A stretch of DNA of 63,902 nucleotides, the filler included, from Welwitschia mirabilis (taxonomy: Eukaryota), in the NCBI GenBank assembly GCA_051453625.1. It is 4 parts of one record of this genome, joined end to end, with 100 filler letters (N's around TTAATTAATTAA, not from the genome) between each part and the next. Parts side by side here need not be neighbours in the genome. Positions count along the whole stretch, not along the records: positions 1 to 28,064 come from JBOZIK010000001.1; 3 more parts are not named here. One strand, written 5' to 3'. Positions within the stretch are counted from its first letter, which is position 1. Each line of letters starts with the position of its first letter. Both the position numbers and the translations under genes were made by a program. Below, in pieces: positions 1 through 13,607 of this stretch. A model generated the notes under the pieces. That model worked only from the letters and a program-made list of their open reading frames with translations, was not told the origin of the DNA and ran no database searches.

Positions 1-3000
1 ATTTAAGAAAGTCATAAATCATTTATTACTAAGTAAAATTATATGAAATTTTTTAGATAGGTGTATAATTATGTTAGGAAGTTAAAAGTCTTAAAACATC
101 AATTTTTCTAAGGCTAAAATAATTTTTAAATTTATTTTATAAAAAAATCTCAGAATTTATAAGCAAAAAGTAGTAAGAAACAAGTTTTAATTTTTAGTAT
201 TTATAGAGAGTTCTGAATAAAACTGGAGTAGTTCATATTGTAAAGAATTTAATAGTATTTCCAAAAAGTATTTATTCATTAAAAACCTCCAAGTATATCA
301 AAAGTTATGGCCATTTTAGTGAAGGGTATTAGTTTGGTAATTTTTCAACTTAGATAGTTTTTATAGTTAAAATTTTGAGTCTATAAAATACNNNNNNNNN
401 NTTATAATGATTATAGTTTAAGGAAATCAAGTCTATTTTATTTTTAAATTTTTAAATAATTAGTTATAAAATTTTAGTTTTAATGTCTTCTAAAAGGCAA
501 GAAACTCTGTAATCAATTTTAATAATTATAAAAATTATCTAATGGAAGTACCAAATTATTTTAAATATTATTTATGATTTATAGTTAAGTTATGTTTATT
601 TTTTAACTCTTTTTATATACTTTTTATTAAAATTTAGGCTCTTATTCTTTTCTTTCATGCAAAAACATTAAGGATTTCTACTTAATGATTCTAGAGATGT
701 ATTGTTTAATTAATTAGCTTTATTAATTTTTTACTCCTAATAAGACATGCATATATTTTACCTATCTCTATTTTTATTTATACACCTAATAATGATAAAG
801 GGGATATTCAAGTTGGCTTAGTTTCANNNNNNNNNNNNNNNNNNNNNNNNNNNNNNNNNNNNNNNNNNNNNNNNNNNNNNNNNNNNNNNNNNNNNNNNNN
901 NNNNNNNNNNNNNNNNNNNNNNNNNNAGTTTCATAAATGAAGCATCATGTTTTTACGATAGAACTTGGATGTATAAATGTGTCTTATTTGAAAGAATTAT
1001 TAGAATGTAGAAAAATAAAGAGATGGATTATTTCATTTATTTTCATTTTTAAACTTTGAAAAATGTGTGATTTTCTTTTATTAAAAACCAAAAAGATGCT
1101 TGTACAATATATTTCTCTTCTATGTAAATTGTTTACTTAAAACAAATCCAATGATGATTAGAATTACTTTTTGTTAGGTAAACAATCCACTAAATATTCA
1201 TATATTGTATGCTTGAATTTGTATAGTGTATTCATTCTATTAAACCAAGATAATTTCAATAATTTTTCATCCTCATACTTGAATTTCATCATCAAGGTGG
1301 GTTGCAGTATACTTTTATTTCCAAACCCTTCTNNNNNNNNNNNNNNNNNNNNNNNNNNNNNNNNNNNNNNNNNNNNNNNNNNNNNNNNNNNNNNNNNNNN
1401 NNNNNNNNNNNNNNNNNNNNNNNNNNNNNNNNNNNNNNNNNNNNNNNNNNNNNNNNNNNNNNNNNNNNNNNNNNNNNNNNNNNNNNNNNNNNNNNNNNNN
1501 NNNNNNNNNNNNNNNNNNNNNNNNNNNNNNNNNNNNNNNNNNNNNNNNNNNNNNNNNNNNNNNNNNNNNNNNNNNNNNNNNNNNNNNNNNNNNNNNNNNN
1601 NNNNNNNNNNNNNNNNNNNNNNNNNNNNNNNNNNNNNNNNNNNNNNNNNNNNNNNNNNNNNNNNNNNNNNNNNNNNNNNNNNNNNNNNNNNNNNNNNNNN
1701 NNNNNNNNNNNNNNNNNNNNNNNNNNNNNNNNNNNNNNNNNNNNNNNNNNNNNNNNNNNNNNNNNNNNNNNNNNNNNNNNNNNNNNNNNNNNNNNNNNNN
1801 NNNNNNNNNNNNNNNNNNNNNNNNNNNNNNNNNNNNNNNNNNNNNNNNNNNNNNNNNNNNNNNNNNNNNNNNNNNNNNNNNNNNNNNNNNNNNNNNNNNN
1901 NNNNNNNNNNNNNNNNNNNNNNNNNNNNNNNNNNNNNNNNNNNNNNNNNNNNNNNNNNNNNNNNNNNNNNNNNNNNNNNNNNNNNNNNNNNNNNNNNNNN
2001 NNNNNNNNNNNNNNNNNNNNNNNNNNNNNNNNNNNNNNNNNNNNNNNNNNNNNNNNNNNNNNNNNNNNNTCAAGCTCTTGATATCAAAGGATCATGTTGC
2101 ATCATTCTGTGATGCTTCAAGAAAGCGAGGGTAACTTGTAAGCATGCATCCACCTCACATACCATTTCTCACTTGTATGCAGGGTATATAAAGGTGAAGT
2201 TTAAGTCTATGAAGTTGAGTCCAACCATGTTTGTATAGTTTAGAACCTGAAGTAGAACCAACTCACATCTGGAGGGGGGCCAAATATTTATTTGGAATTN
2301 NNNNNNNNNNNNNNNNNNNNNNNNNNNNNNNNNNNNNNNNNNNNNNNNNNNNNNNNNNNNNNNNNNNNNNNNNNNNNNNNNNNNNNNNNNNNNNNNNNNT
2401 TGTATAGTTTAGAACCTGAAGTAGAACCAACTCATATCTGGAGGGGGGCTAAATATTGATTTGTAATTCCATTAATAAAAGATGCAACCTCCTATTATAT
2501 TAATTAGGCACTATCCTAAAACTTATCCATTGTATGTTACAAAACAAGTTAACATCCCATCAACTTTATACAAGATATTTTGGTGTGGCAAAAACAAAGT
2601 TAGTAATAAATATAAGATAAAATTTTGACATCATTATTATATGCAAATAAAAAGGGTATATATTTAAGTAATAATTATGTTTTCTAATTATTTTAAATTT
2701 TATAGTGTGTTAATAGAGTCTAAATACAATTTGATCCTAGGTTCCATTATGCATGTTAGTTAATAATACTTTAATAAAATTATGGTTAATTAGGGTAATA
2801 AAAGTTAGGGTGTTACATAAACCAACTTCAAGCTTCTAGAACTTAATCTTAAACATAATATCAGAGCATTACTACTCCAAATCTTAATAGTTACTATGTC
2901 ATCATTAAGTGATGATAAGTCATGATGCCTTNNNNNNNNNNNNNNNNNNNNNNNNNNNNNNNNNNNNNNNNNNNNNNNNNNNNNNNNNNNNNNNNNNNNN

Positions 3001-5679
3001 NNNNNNNNNNNNNNNNNNNNNNNNNNNNNNNATAAAGTTAGTAATAAATATAGGATAAAATTTTGACATCATTATTATATGCAAACAAAAAGGATATATA
3101 TTTAAGTAATAATTATGTTTTCTAATTATTTTAAATTTTATAGTGTGTTAATAAAGTCTAAATATAAATTTGATCCTAGGTTCCATTATGCATGTTAGTT
3201 AATAATACTTTAAAAAATTATGGTTAATTAGGGTAATTAAAGTTAGGGTGTTATATAAACCAAATTCAAACTTCTAGAACTTAATCTTAAACATAATATC
3301 AGAGCATTCCTACTCCAAATCTTACTAGTTACTATGTCATCATTAAGTGATGATAAATCATGATTCCTTAATTACTTAATGATATCTTCATAATGATAAG
3401 TAGTAATAGTGAATTTTCTAGGGAATCATCGTGATATATTTTTACAAAGCAATAACATCTAAAAATGGTATTCTTTACTATCATTACTACTTCCATCATT
3501 GGGTAATAACTAATAGTGAGAGTTTGAAATTAGGTAGATAAAAAATATACTATAAAAGTCACATTCATCTGAAAACCTTTTAGGATGCAAGTTATAGAGG
3601 AACTAGGAAGAGGTTTTTATTTAATTATACGATTTTCTTAAAAGTTAATATATTAAACTAGAGAAAAAACAAATTAATAATATTATGAGTAACTATCACC
3701 TAGCAATCATGATGTAGAAGTAGAGAAGAGAAAAAGAAAAACATTAAAAAATTGTTAAGGATTATCAACTTTTCAAAATAATAATCAATCTTAACATTAA
3801 CATCGTAGAAGGATATGACCTTAAATCCAATTACATAATGATCAATCTCATTAAGTTTTATCTATTTGTTAAATTATATGTAAATAATGAGGGAGGAAAA
3901 TTTTTCATCATTTTTAGGTAAAAGTTTAGGTTATTATGTGTAACATAAGCATGTTTTACATGTAGAATAGGAACTAAAAATTTTCATGCCTCTAGTGAAT
4001 AACATATCTTAGTTACCTACACTGAAATTCCTTCTTAACGTTAAATCACATAATTCATAAAGAATGTGGATTGTAAATCTACTTGTTAAGGATCCACTTA
4101 CATTAGCATGGCATTTCTATAACATAAGTGCTACTTGAGACACAACCTTTTAGTGTTTCAAAGGCTATAATCATGATCAATTTTAGTATACCTTTAAAAA
4201 AGTATCTTCCATGTTGTTTCGTTTTTCTTTTTTTATTTGAATTATTATAAAAACTTCCTTAATAAATAGCCTCTTATAATTAGAATACCTCATACAATAT
4301 TTATTAATTTCAAATATTAACTAGGTTACATGAGATAAGGTCATGCCTCAGAAAATATCATGAAAAGATATAAATCACAAATAGATAGTAATAATAAAAG
4401 TTTACAATCTCTGGATATATTTATAAATTACTATTCTTCCTCTAAATTAATATTATGTAAATAAATTAGATAATAACGAAGTGATCTCACTTTTATGAGT
4501 TGTAAACTATAGTTATTCTACTATATTTGAATCTTATATTAGAAGGTTATCTTTAAAATAGGCCATTGAATATTAACTATCAACAGGAAGGATTTCTTGG
4601 AACTTTATATCTTAAATATTTAGTAATTCAGTTGATCAAATCTTTAGAATGTAGTAGGATTCTAGCCAACCAAAAATTAACTTATTATAAATGACATTAA
4701 ATTTAATGTTAAATAATAGTACTGATAAATTAAATTCAAGATACTTAATAATAACTATGTTTATCATGATAAAAGTTTTCTTATATTTTAGCTATTAACA
4801 TTCATTTAATATATTACAATATCTTCTCATGAAGATGTTAAATTTAAAGGAGGTATTATATAAGATTCTTAATCTACTAAGCTTAAAATATAATAAGTCT
4901 TAAGGCTTTATCAATCCGAAACTACTAGTAGTCTTATAATCCCATATAGTGGAGTTAGGGCCAACATTGATACATTATATGATTCAACCATGTATATGGA
5001 CTCATCAAATGCCACACCATCTTATATCTAATAGAACACCACAAATTGCAACCCGTTGTAGTGGGCTAAGGGACATAACTTCATCATACTATGACACACC
5101 CCACTGGCTTACATGAGGAAAGCACACTACTGATAACATTATCAAATGATAGGATTCATAATAGAGTAAACCTTGGAACTGTGGCTTTACATGGTCAGTC
5201 AGCTATAAGGTAGCCTTTCACATACTCTTGTGTCTCAGCGTCACCTGCTTCTCAGGGTGGTTATATGAATTTTATAACCATAAATGACCATTTCACTTCG
5301 ACATTCAAGCTCAAGTACTTGTTGGTTCAATAATGGAAAATGTGTCCCTATCAGGGGGCCATATTGTCTCCTGTAATCCCACCCACTACTAGGTCCATTA
5401 TGTAACATCATTAGTGAGCCCCTATCAACTATAGGGGGATAACATCATATTTAGAGAGTAATATGCCAAGTGTTAAGATTCTCATTTCCATTAGATACAA
5501 ATGCTTTTGATCATTGATAGATAAAATTTGATTACTACATACTGTATATATGTATATGCATGAAGGTGAGCCCTGCCTGATCCATAAAAAAATAAAACCA
5601 ATATTAGTTAAAAGTATATAAATTTTTTTATAAATTAATTCCTGAGAATAAAAATAAAAAGTACTACATCAAGTTGTTT

Positions 5680-7450
5680 CCTAAACTTAGAGAATACCAT
5701 CAAGCTTTCATGCCTAATTTTTATAAGAATGGATAATGGCTTTTTAAAGAATATTTTTAATTTTCTTATTAGCATTCTCTACCTTACCATTTATTTGAGG
5801 ATGATAGGTATTAATTATTAAAAAGATCTATTTCTTGATTACTAATAAGAATTCTTAGGAAATAGAAATAATACAAAATACATAATTTGATTAAATACCA
5901 AATAATTAAATAATTATTTTACTATAGGAATATCTTCTATTCATGTAATCACATAATCAATTGTAACAAAAATATATCTTTTTTTTCATAAGTAGGAGGA
6001 TTTAATAGACTAATAAAATCTATTCCTAATAATAAAATGGTTCAAACTTAAGAATAATAAATTAATGTGGTATATTTTCCTTTCAAATTATTCCTTGGAA
6101 TTATTAACATACATCACATTGATTAATAAATTCAAATAATACATGAAAAATTGAAGGCTAATAAAATGTACATGCAAAATCATATTTTGTTTTAAATATC
6201 CTCCACAAACATCTTTATGATATGATTGAATGATCTCTTAATATTTCCACTTTAAAATACATGTCCTCATAATCTAATCATTTTACCTTTAATACAAAAT
6301 AAAAGAAAACCATTTATATGTACTAATTCAATAAAGGAATAGTTTCTATTATGAAGGTGTCCAAGTGCGAATTGTCTTGAAAGTGACTAGATAATTAATA
6401 ATTCTTTCATATTAAGGATTATTATGCTTGAAATATTAATATTTTAATTTTCCCTTATAAATGAATATTCATATAGAAGTTCATCTTTGATGGTTGAAGA
6501 TCTCATAGGAGGAGATGATTAAGGAATTCATGAAAAATAATATACTACAACATTTTCTTTTTCCACTTTATCTACTATTGTAAGATTTAATTCTTAAAGT
6601 AGTAAGATCCATTTAGTCAATTAATCTTTTATAAATTCTTTATTTATAAAGTAGGAAATATATAACTAATTAGTATAGGTATTCATATAATACCCTAATA
6701 AGTAGTGTTAAAACCTATTAAGAAAATTCACAATTACTAATAAATCATTTTCTATAGTAATATAATTAAGTTCTTATTAAAAAATGGACTTACTAGTGTA
6801 ACCGATTACATGAAAATTCTTATGTGACATTCACCTATCCAAATATTTCACTTATTACATGATTACTAGCATCACACATTAAATCATAGTATTTTAGTTT
6901 GTTAGGACAAATTAAAATGTGTACACTTGATATCATTTCCTTTACAATCTAAATCATTACTGAAATGAACTATTCCTTTAAAATCTTACATTTCTTTCTT
7001 TATATACTTTGATTATTTAAAATATTTTACATATAATGCCTTAAGCCATCAAAAGAAAACAAATTTAAAAAAAAAAAGATCAAGACAAATAACAATTATA
7101 GTATAGTATCCCAATGATATCATTCTTTATAAGGAGTAGAAATTGATCAAACTTTATAATTAAAATTTGTATAATTATGATTAAGTTAAAATGGATTAAG
7201 ATATTAAAATAATTAATTAAAGTTAGTACCATGAATCACAATAATAAAATAAATCAATGAGAATTAGTTTAATGTAGTAAATTCACCTATACTTAAATAT
7301 AAATCAATAAAGATCTTAAATAAAATATAATATAGATAACTATTTAATTTAATTAACATTTTTCATGAATGAGAAATCAATCTACATCTTCCATAAACCT
7401 CATATCTATAACAAAATTGATATCATAGTCAATACTATTAATTCATTTCA
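5680..7450 (-). mobile_element. Highly decayed Athila-type Ty3/gypsy pol remnant (RT end, RNase H, integrase)
   Basis: Minus-strand translation gives YDLMCDASN (~6870), LTKWILLL*ELNLTIVDKVEKENVV (~6600), YHKDVCGGY (~6200), YIFVTIDYVIT*IEDIP (~5950) and TYHPQINGKVENANKKIKNIL (~5790). These match gypsy RNase H and integrase motifs, with many stops. Confidence 0.8.
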
Positions 7451-8399
7451 ACCTTATATATTCCACTCATGAAAGAAAAGAATCTTAATTAGTTAATTAA
7501 TTACTAAGAATAAGATTAAAAGATAAGATTATAGATTTGAAAGCAGTTAATATATGAAAACAATATTTATTTTAATAAATAAAATACAATCATATGAATA
7601 ATATATATTTCTCATTACACAAAATTGTAATAATAATAAGAAAAACAGAATGGAGAAGTAATAATAAGGGAAAAGATTATTTCTTCTAGTGGTAGTCGAC
7701 AAGAAGTTTTTGGAACACAAGGGAAGAGGCAACCATGTGATAACTTTTAGGGGCAGTGGAAAGGGAGGCTTTAGTTCCTTAGTTGAAGTAGAAGTCTGGT
7801 TCTTAGTCATTTCTAATCAGTTGGAAATCTTTTTAGCTATAGAAGCCTAAATAGGGTGGAAGTCTCTTTAGCTATAAAATTCCTTGGGAGGGTTTTTGTA
7901 GGTAAAACAATAAATCCTTACTTTATGAAATTTTTTTCAAGAGGATGAATTATTTAAACTAAAATTTTTTACCTAATTACTACATTAATGTATCATAAAA
8001 ATTTCCATTTAGTTTAACAAGTCATTTTACATCTTTTAATCTATGTTTGAGTATAGACGTGCTCAAAAAATAAATAGTAGTAAAATAGATAAGAGTTAAA
8101 TGATCTTAAATCATCACTTTGGTAGACAAAATGATTTGTTTAAGTTTACATTATAATAGGATTCAAATAACATAATGATCAAGGTACCATTGTTATTTAA
8201 GTTAAGGAGTTTGGCCTTTGTTAAATGGAGGCCACGAGAAGTCTTCAATAAAATCTTTCAAAGGTTACTAATATGAGTAAATCTGAGGAATATTAGCAAA
8301 GCCTCATGGAGTCATAATTTCTTAAAGACCTAATAGGATAGTTTTCATAAATCATTAAGCTAAACCCACTTACTATCAGTGGTATAAGAATGATTTTTA

Positions 8400-9475
8400 T
8401 CAAGTTTTATGTTATGGTTAATTTATACCTTTCTAAAACTATACATAAATTTAATCTAATCTACTATTTTAGAGTTGAGAAAGTTAAAAGATGGTATGAA
8501 TACACTTCATATTCATGTTTACATTGTGAGGCATTCAGGAAGGTCAAGGGATTGATAATGATGATTAGCAAAGATATTAATAACAATAAAGAAGAAATGA
8601 ATAGATGGTTCCAAATCATATAATTAAGAGGCTAGTGAGTGGTCAATGTGTATTCTCCATAGTTCCAACCAACTAGAATAAAATTATAAAAGATGGTCAC
8701 TAATAAACTTCAAAAATAGAAATATATTATAATCATAGACTATAATCAAACTCTATAAAAAGGTTAAAAAATGGAATAATGCATGTGGAATGCAATGGGA
8801 GTGCATGAAATTGAGGAAATGATGCTAAACCTAGATCTAATTAACTCACTAATACAAAAATTCCAATTCATCTAGTTTAATCAAAGGAGAGATGATATGA
8901 TAATATTACTAAGGGTTGATAGAGTAATCATCAATCCTAATCTAATAAGAGATAAGGCTTGGATGTTGTACGAGAAGGGGAGATTGTGCTCTGACCATAG
9001 ATGCATCTTCTTAGTCTTAGATAGTTCTCAAAAGATAAAGTCTCACTTTATGTTTGAAAATACCTGGCTAGAGAAGAAAGAAATATTTTTCTACATAGAA
9101 AATAATTAGAGGCTAGATGAGGAGCACCCTATTTTCTCTCTTTCTAAAAATTTTTATAACCTTAAAACTTGACTAGAGGAGTGGAGGAAAGGCTGGGGAG
9201 CTAGCATTAAAAGAAAAGAGTCCCTTAAGTAGGAACTTTAAGTTATTCAAAATAAGAAAAAACAAGATGAGGATTTACATGAGGAAGAATGGAAGTTGCT
9301 TTAGAAGCTCCATTGCATAATAAGATAGGAAGAGAGGTATTAAAAGTAGTGCTCCCATATCAATTAGTTACAAGATGGGAATAGGCATTTAGAATTAATT
9401 TTTAGAGTTGTTAAAAATAGAAAACAAATTAATGTCATTGGTAAGGTTAAGTAAAAGGATCATGTCTTTGACAAT
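8400..9475 (+). mobile_element. L1-clade LINE ORF2 remnant (AP endonuclease and following region)
   Basis: Motifs in the expected order: VVNVYSP, LRVDRVIIN...RLCSDHRCI...FMFENTWL (ORF 8897-9109), and EERY*K*CSHIN*LQDGNRH, which resembles EExYWxQRSRxxWLxxGDRN. Several stops. Confidence 0.85.
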
Positions 9476-9477
9476 AG

Positions 9478-11247
9478 TGTCTAAGAAAGATGGGAAGTGG
9501 ATAATGTGTATTAATTTTAGGAATCTAAATGAAGTAACAAAAAAAAGACCATTGCCCTTTATCTTTTCTTAACCAAATACTTAATGTAATCTAAGGATAT
9601 GCCTTTTATTGGTTTCTTGATGGGTATAATGATTATAATCAAGTTTTTATAGCTAGTAAGGATCAAGCAAAAATAACTTTCACTTCTTCTTTTAGAACAT
9701 TTGCTTTTATATGCATACTTTTTAAATTTTGTAATGCCTTTGATACTTTTAAATGTGCAATGATGGGTATCTTTTTTGATATCTTAGAGGATTAAATTAA
9801 AAGTTTTATGGATAACTTCTCAATATTTGTGAAAAATTTGAATAGATATTAGAAAGATTAGAGAAAGTCCTTGATAGATGCATTACAAGTGGCCTAATTT
9901 AAGTTGGAAGAAGAGTCTCTTTTTAGGTAATAATGGAATTGTCTTAGATCACCACATTTCTAATAAAGGAATTAGAATTGACCCTAAAAAATTAAGTATC
10001 ATTAAAAATCTATCTCTCTAATAAATGTAAAACAAGTTCAATATTTCCTTAGTCATTATGATTCTTATCATATTTTATTTAGGATTATGATAAAATTTGT
10101 AAAACCTCTTTACTCGTTACATGAAAAAGAAGCTAAAATTGAATAAAATAAATCTTGTGAACCTACTTTTAAAATATTTAAATATAAAATTTCTTCAATA
10201 CCTATTGTAATGGGACTTGATTGGAATAAAGATTCTGAATTAATGTGTGATGCTAGTAATATTATCGTGGATGGGGTTCTTAGATAAAACTATAAAAATA
10301 GTTTTAAAGTTATATCTTATCATAGTAAAACTTTATCTAAACCTCAATCGAATTATACTACTATTAAAAAAGAAATGTTAGCTATAATCATTTGCCTTGA
10401 TAATCTTAAACACTATCTTTTAGGCTTTTATACAAATGTCTATACTGACTATGTAGCTATTAAATGCCTCATGACTAAGAAAGTTTCTAGTGCTAAACTT
10501 ATTAAATGGATCTTCATCATGTAAGAATCTAATCTTACCATCATTGATAAAGCAAGAAAATACAATAATGTAATAGATCATATATTATGTCTTTCTTCTT
10601 CTCTAAATGATTTTATGATTAATGATTCTTTTCCAGATGAACAACTTTTTGTCATATCTTCTACTCATCATTCTCCTTGATATGATAACATATTTAATTA
10701 TCATATTACCATGAAAACATCACAACATTAGACTCATAATCAAAGAAAATCATTTCTCTATAGAATAGATGATTATGAATGGATAGAGCCACATCTTTAA
10801 TGTAGGTGCAAAGACCAAATCATGTAAAAATGTGTGCCCAAATAAAAAAAATTACATCCTTCATCTTTACCATGGTGATATTTATGAAGGTTATTTTAGT
10901 AGACAGAAAATAACTATGAAAATTCTTTACTTTGGTTTTTATTAGCCTAGTCCTTTTTAGGACTCTTTTGATTTTGCTAAAAGGTCTGATTATTATCAAC
11001 ATTATGGTAGCCTTATTTGTTTTTATGAGACGGCTCTTAAACCTATTCTTAAATGTAACTCTTTAATTTTTAAAGAATTAATTTTATAGGCTATTAAACC
11101 ATCTTTTGATAATAAGAACTACATTTTAGTGGTTGTTGATTATGTTACTAAATGAGTTGAAGCTATTCCTACTATTATGAATGATGCCCAAATTATTTGT
11201 ACTTTTCTTAGAACTCATAGTTTTCAAGATTTTGGTTTTCTTAGTGT
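9478..11247 (+). mobile_element. Athila-type Ty3/gypsy RT, RNase H and integrase remnant, interrupted by an LTR at 11248
   Basis: KKDGKWIMCINFRNLNE, FLDGYNDYNQ, FMDNFSIF, DWNKDSELMCDASN and YILVVVDYVTK*VEAIPT, with stops and frameshifts throughout. Confidence 0.9.
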
Positions 11248-12609
11248 TGTAATACCAATTTGTAGGAATTTAATGGTGTATTTAAAGTACTTTTATAGAA
11301 CATTTATATAGGTTTGGATGTAATTCTGATAATTATGGAGAGTCAATGGGATGATCATGGAAACACATAATTCTTAGCATATTTGAAGGAATTTCAGGTA
11401 TGTTCTAGTACTTATTATGTTGGAGGAATATTAATGATAAAGAAGGCTAATTTTCTTTAGCTAGAAAGCCATGAAAGAGTGTTGTTTCCACTATTTTTCC
11501 TATAACATATAGGATGACAACATTGTATTAGCACATTGCAATAGCAGCATGGACTAGAACTTGGAACCAATAAATCCCCTCTTCTGAGGAGGTGTTATTC
11601 CCAGTGTCATCCCCACAACATGAGGGATAAAAATACATCTAGAGCTAACTACAAAGCTAATTGTAGAGTTGGAAGCTAATGATTTATTTATTATTATGGG
11701 GCATCATTCCTAGTGTTGTCCTTAAAATAGTCAAGATAACAACTATTTTGTATAAGTGGGATTGAATTATCTTGTAATGAGGTTATGCACTGCACTTGGA
11801 CTATTATGATTTCTTCTCTGACTTGCGGGGTTATGGTTCTAGAACTCTTAATGTAAAACTATAAATACCTCCCTTGTACTCAATTCTAATTCATCTTTTG
11901 TACTTGATGCTCTTGTGATGAAACATTAAAGGATAAGAGGTCCATCTAATAGCTACAGAGAGACATTACCCTTGATGTCGAGCTAAGTATCCTCCATTGA
12001 GGAGCTACTACTTTGTTGTTAGTGGATGTAAAAGTTTCATGATCAATTCAGATACTCTTTTCACTAAAGTTGTATTTATGTCCCTTATGGTTTAAGTTGG
12101 TTATAGTTTAGTGATAATTCTATAATTTATTTAGATCATAAGAGCAAGCTTTGTTAAGGCTGATTCTGTTAATTTAGATTTGCATTATTCTTTCTTTTCA
12201 ATTTCATATAGCATTTTATATTTTATTTGAAATATCTCATTATTTACATTAATTAGGAATAAGTAAAAAACTCTTCTTAATTAAATTAAATTATAGAGAT
12301 CTAGTTCTTTTAAAAGAAGAATTAGGATCCAAATCAAATCCATTTCATTTCCATTCTCATCCATTGCATTCTATCTTCTTTTATCATTGAATTATATTTT
12401 ACATCATTATTTACTTTTATTTATTTAAAGATAAAATATTGAATATACTTTTGGAAATCAATTCTCTAACTTTAAGCCTAATGCGTTCATTGGAATTATG
12501 ACATTTACGTTGACTTCTATTTATACTAGTGTGTGTATCTTTCTGCAAGTATTATGATTTATAGATTTTGCTTAAAGACTTAAAGATTACATAAATTTAC
12601 ACTGTAAAA
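11248..12609 (+). mobile_element. Athila-type 5' LTR (decayed)
   Basis: Starts TGTAATACC inside the integrase and has a TATA-like CTATAAATACCTCCC (~11860). It shares blocks with 20490-21735 and is followed by a PBS-like sequence. Confidence 0.7.
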
Positions 12610-12612
12610 TTT

Positions 12613-12630
12613 TGGCATCATTGCTGAGGA
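12613..12630 (+). promoter_or_regulatory. Decayed Athila-type primer binding site
   Basis: TGGCATCATTGCTGAGGA differs from the Athila consensus TGGCGCCGTTGCCGGGGA only by G>A and C>T transitions. Confidence 0.75.
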
Positions 12631-13607
12631 AGGCCACAAGGAGCTAGAGGATTGTCACTATCTAAATAAGTACCTTAAATTTTAATTTAGTTTAATTTAT
12701 TTACTTGAAATAGTATTATATTTTTCTTTTTAGTTTAGTAAGTTTATTTTTATAATTTTTTTAATTTTTTGTAGTTTTAGTACTATCATCTCCTTTGTCA
12801 CCCTCGCAACACTAAGGATGATATTTCATATTTTTAGATTTTTTTACAAGTTTTTTTAATTTAGGTTTTATGTTTCTGGTTTTCATAACATAATAATATG
12901 TTATTTTTACTGTTGTCCCCATGACACCTAGGATGACAGTGGCCCTTTTTTTCTTGCATTTTATTTTTCTTTTTTGTAATTTTTCTTTTTATCTATAGTC
13001 ATTCTGTTAGTTATTCTTACAGTTAAAACAACAATCAATACACATCTTTTAAGTATTAAGAATCAATAATTTTAACAAAACAATGAAACATTAAAGAGAA
13101 AAAAACTTGATCTTTACTATGTACTTATCTTCCTTACCATATTAAAATAAAATTCTCTTCTTTCATTCCTCTCAATTGCTTTAATGAATAGTAATAGAAG
13201 AACCATTGGGAAAATTATTATTGAAATAAGAAGAAACTTGAAAAACTCTAAGGGGAATAGTAAGAAAACACTTCAAGCTTTTTTACAAAAAATAGGAGAA
13301 ACATTAAAGATTGAAAGATTTATAGTGACAAAACACTTTAAGAGGTTTTTAAAAGAGGGAGAACAACACAAAATGATATTGAAAGTAGGAATTAGGCTCC
13401 TTTCTCTTTTTAACCTTCTTATTATTTTCCTTCTTCTTTTCAAACCTCATATAGAAATGACAATAAAGATTCTCCACATTTTAGGGGTTTCACCTCATTT
13501 ATATAAGNNNNNNNNNNNNNNNNNNNNNNNNNNNNNNNNNNNNNNNNNNNNNNNNNNNNNNNNNNNNNNNNNNNNNNNNNNNNNNNNNNNNNNNNNNNNN
13601 NNNNNNN

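Noticed and set aside
1171-2112. Long ORFs in the track here and at 39.5-40.5, 41.5-42.5, 44.2-45.2 and 51.4-52.4 kb
   Set aside because: They consist almost entirely of X from N gaps.
4250-4870. Possible gypsy integrase end and PPT before an LTR at ~4860
   Set aside because: Only faint motif resemblance; too decayed to support a call.
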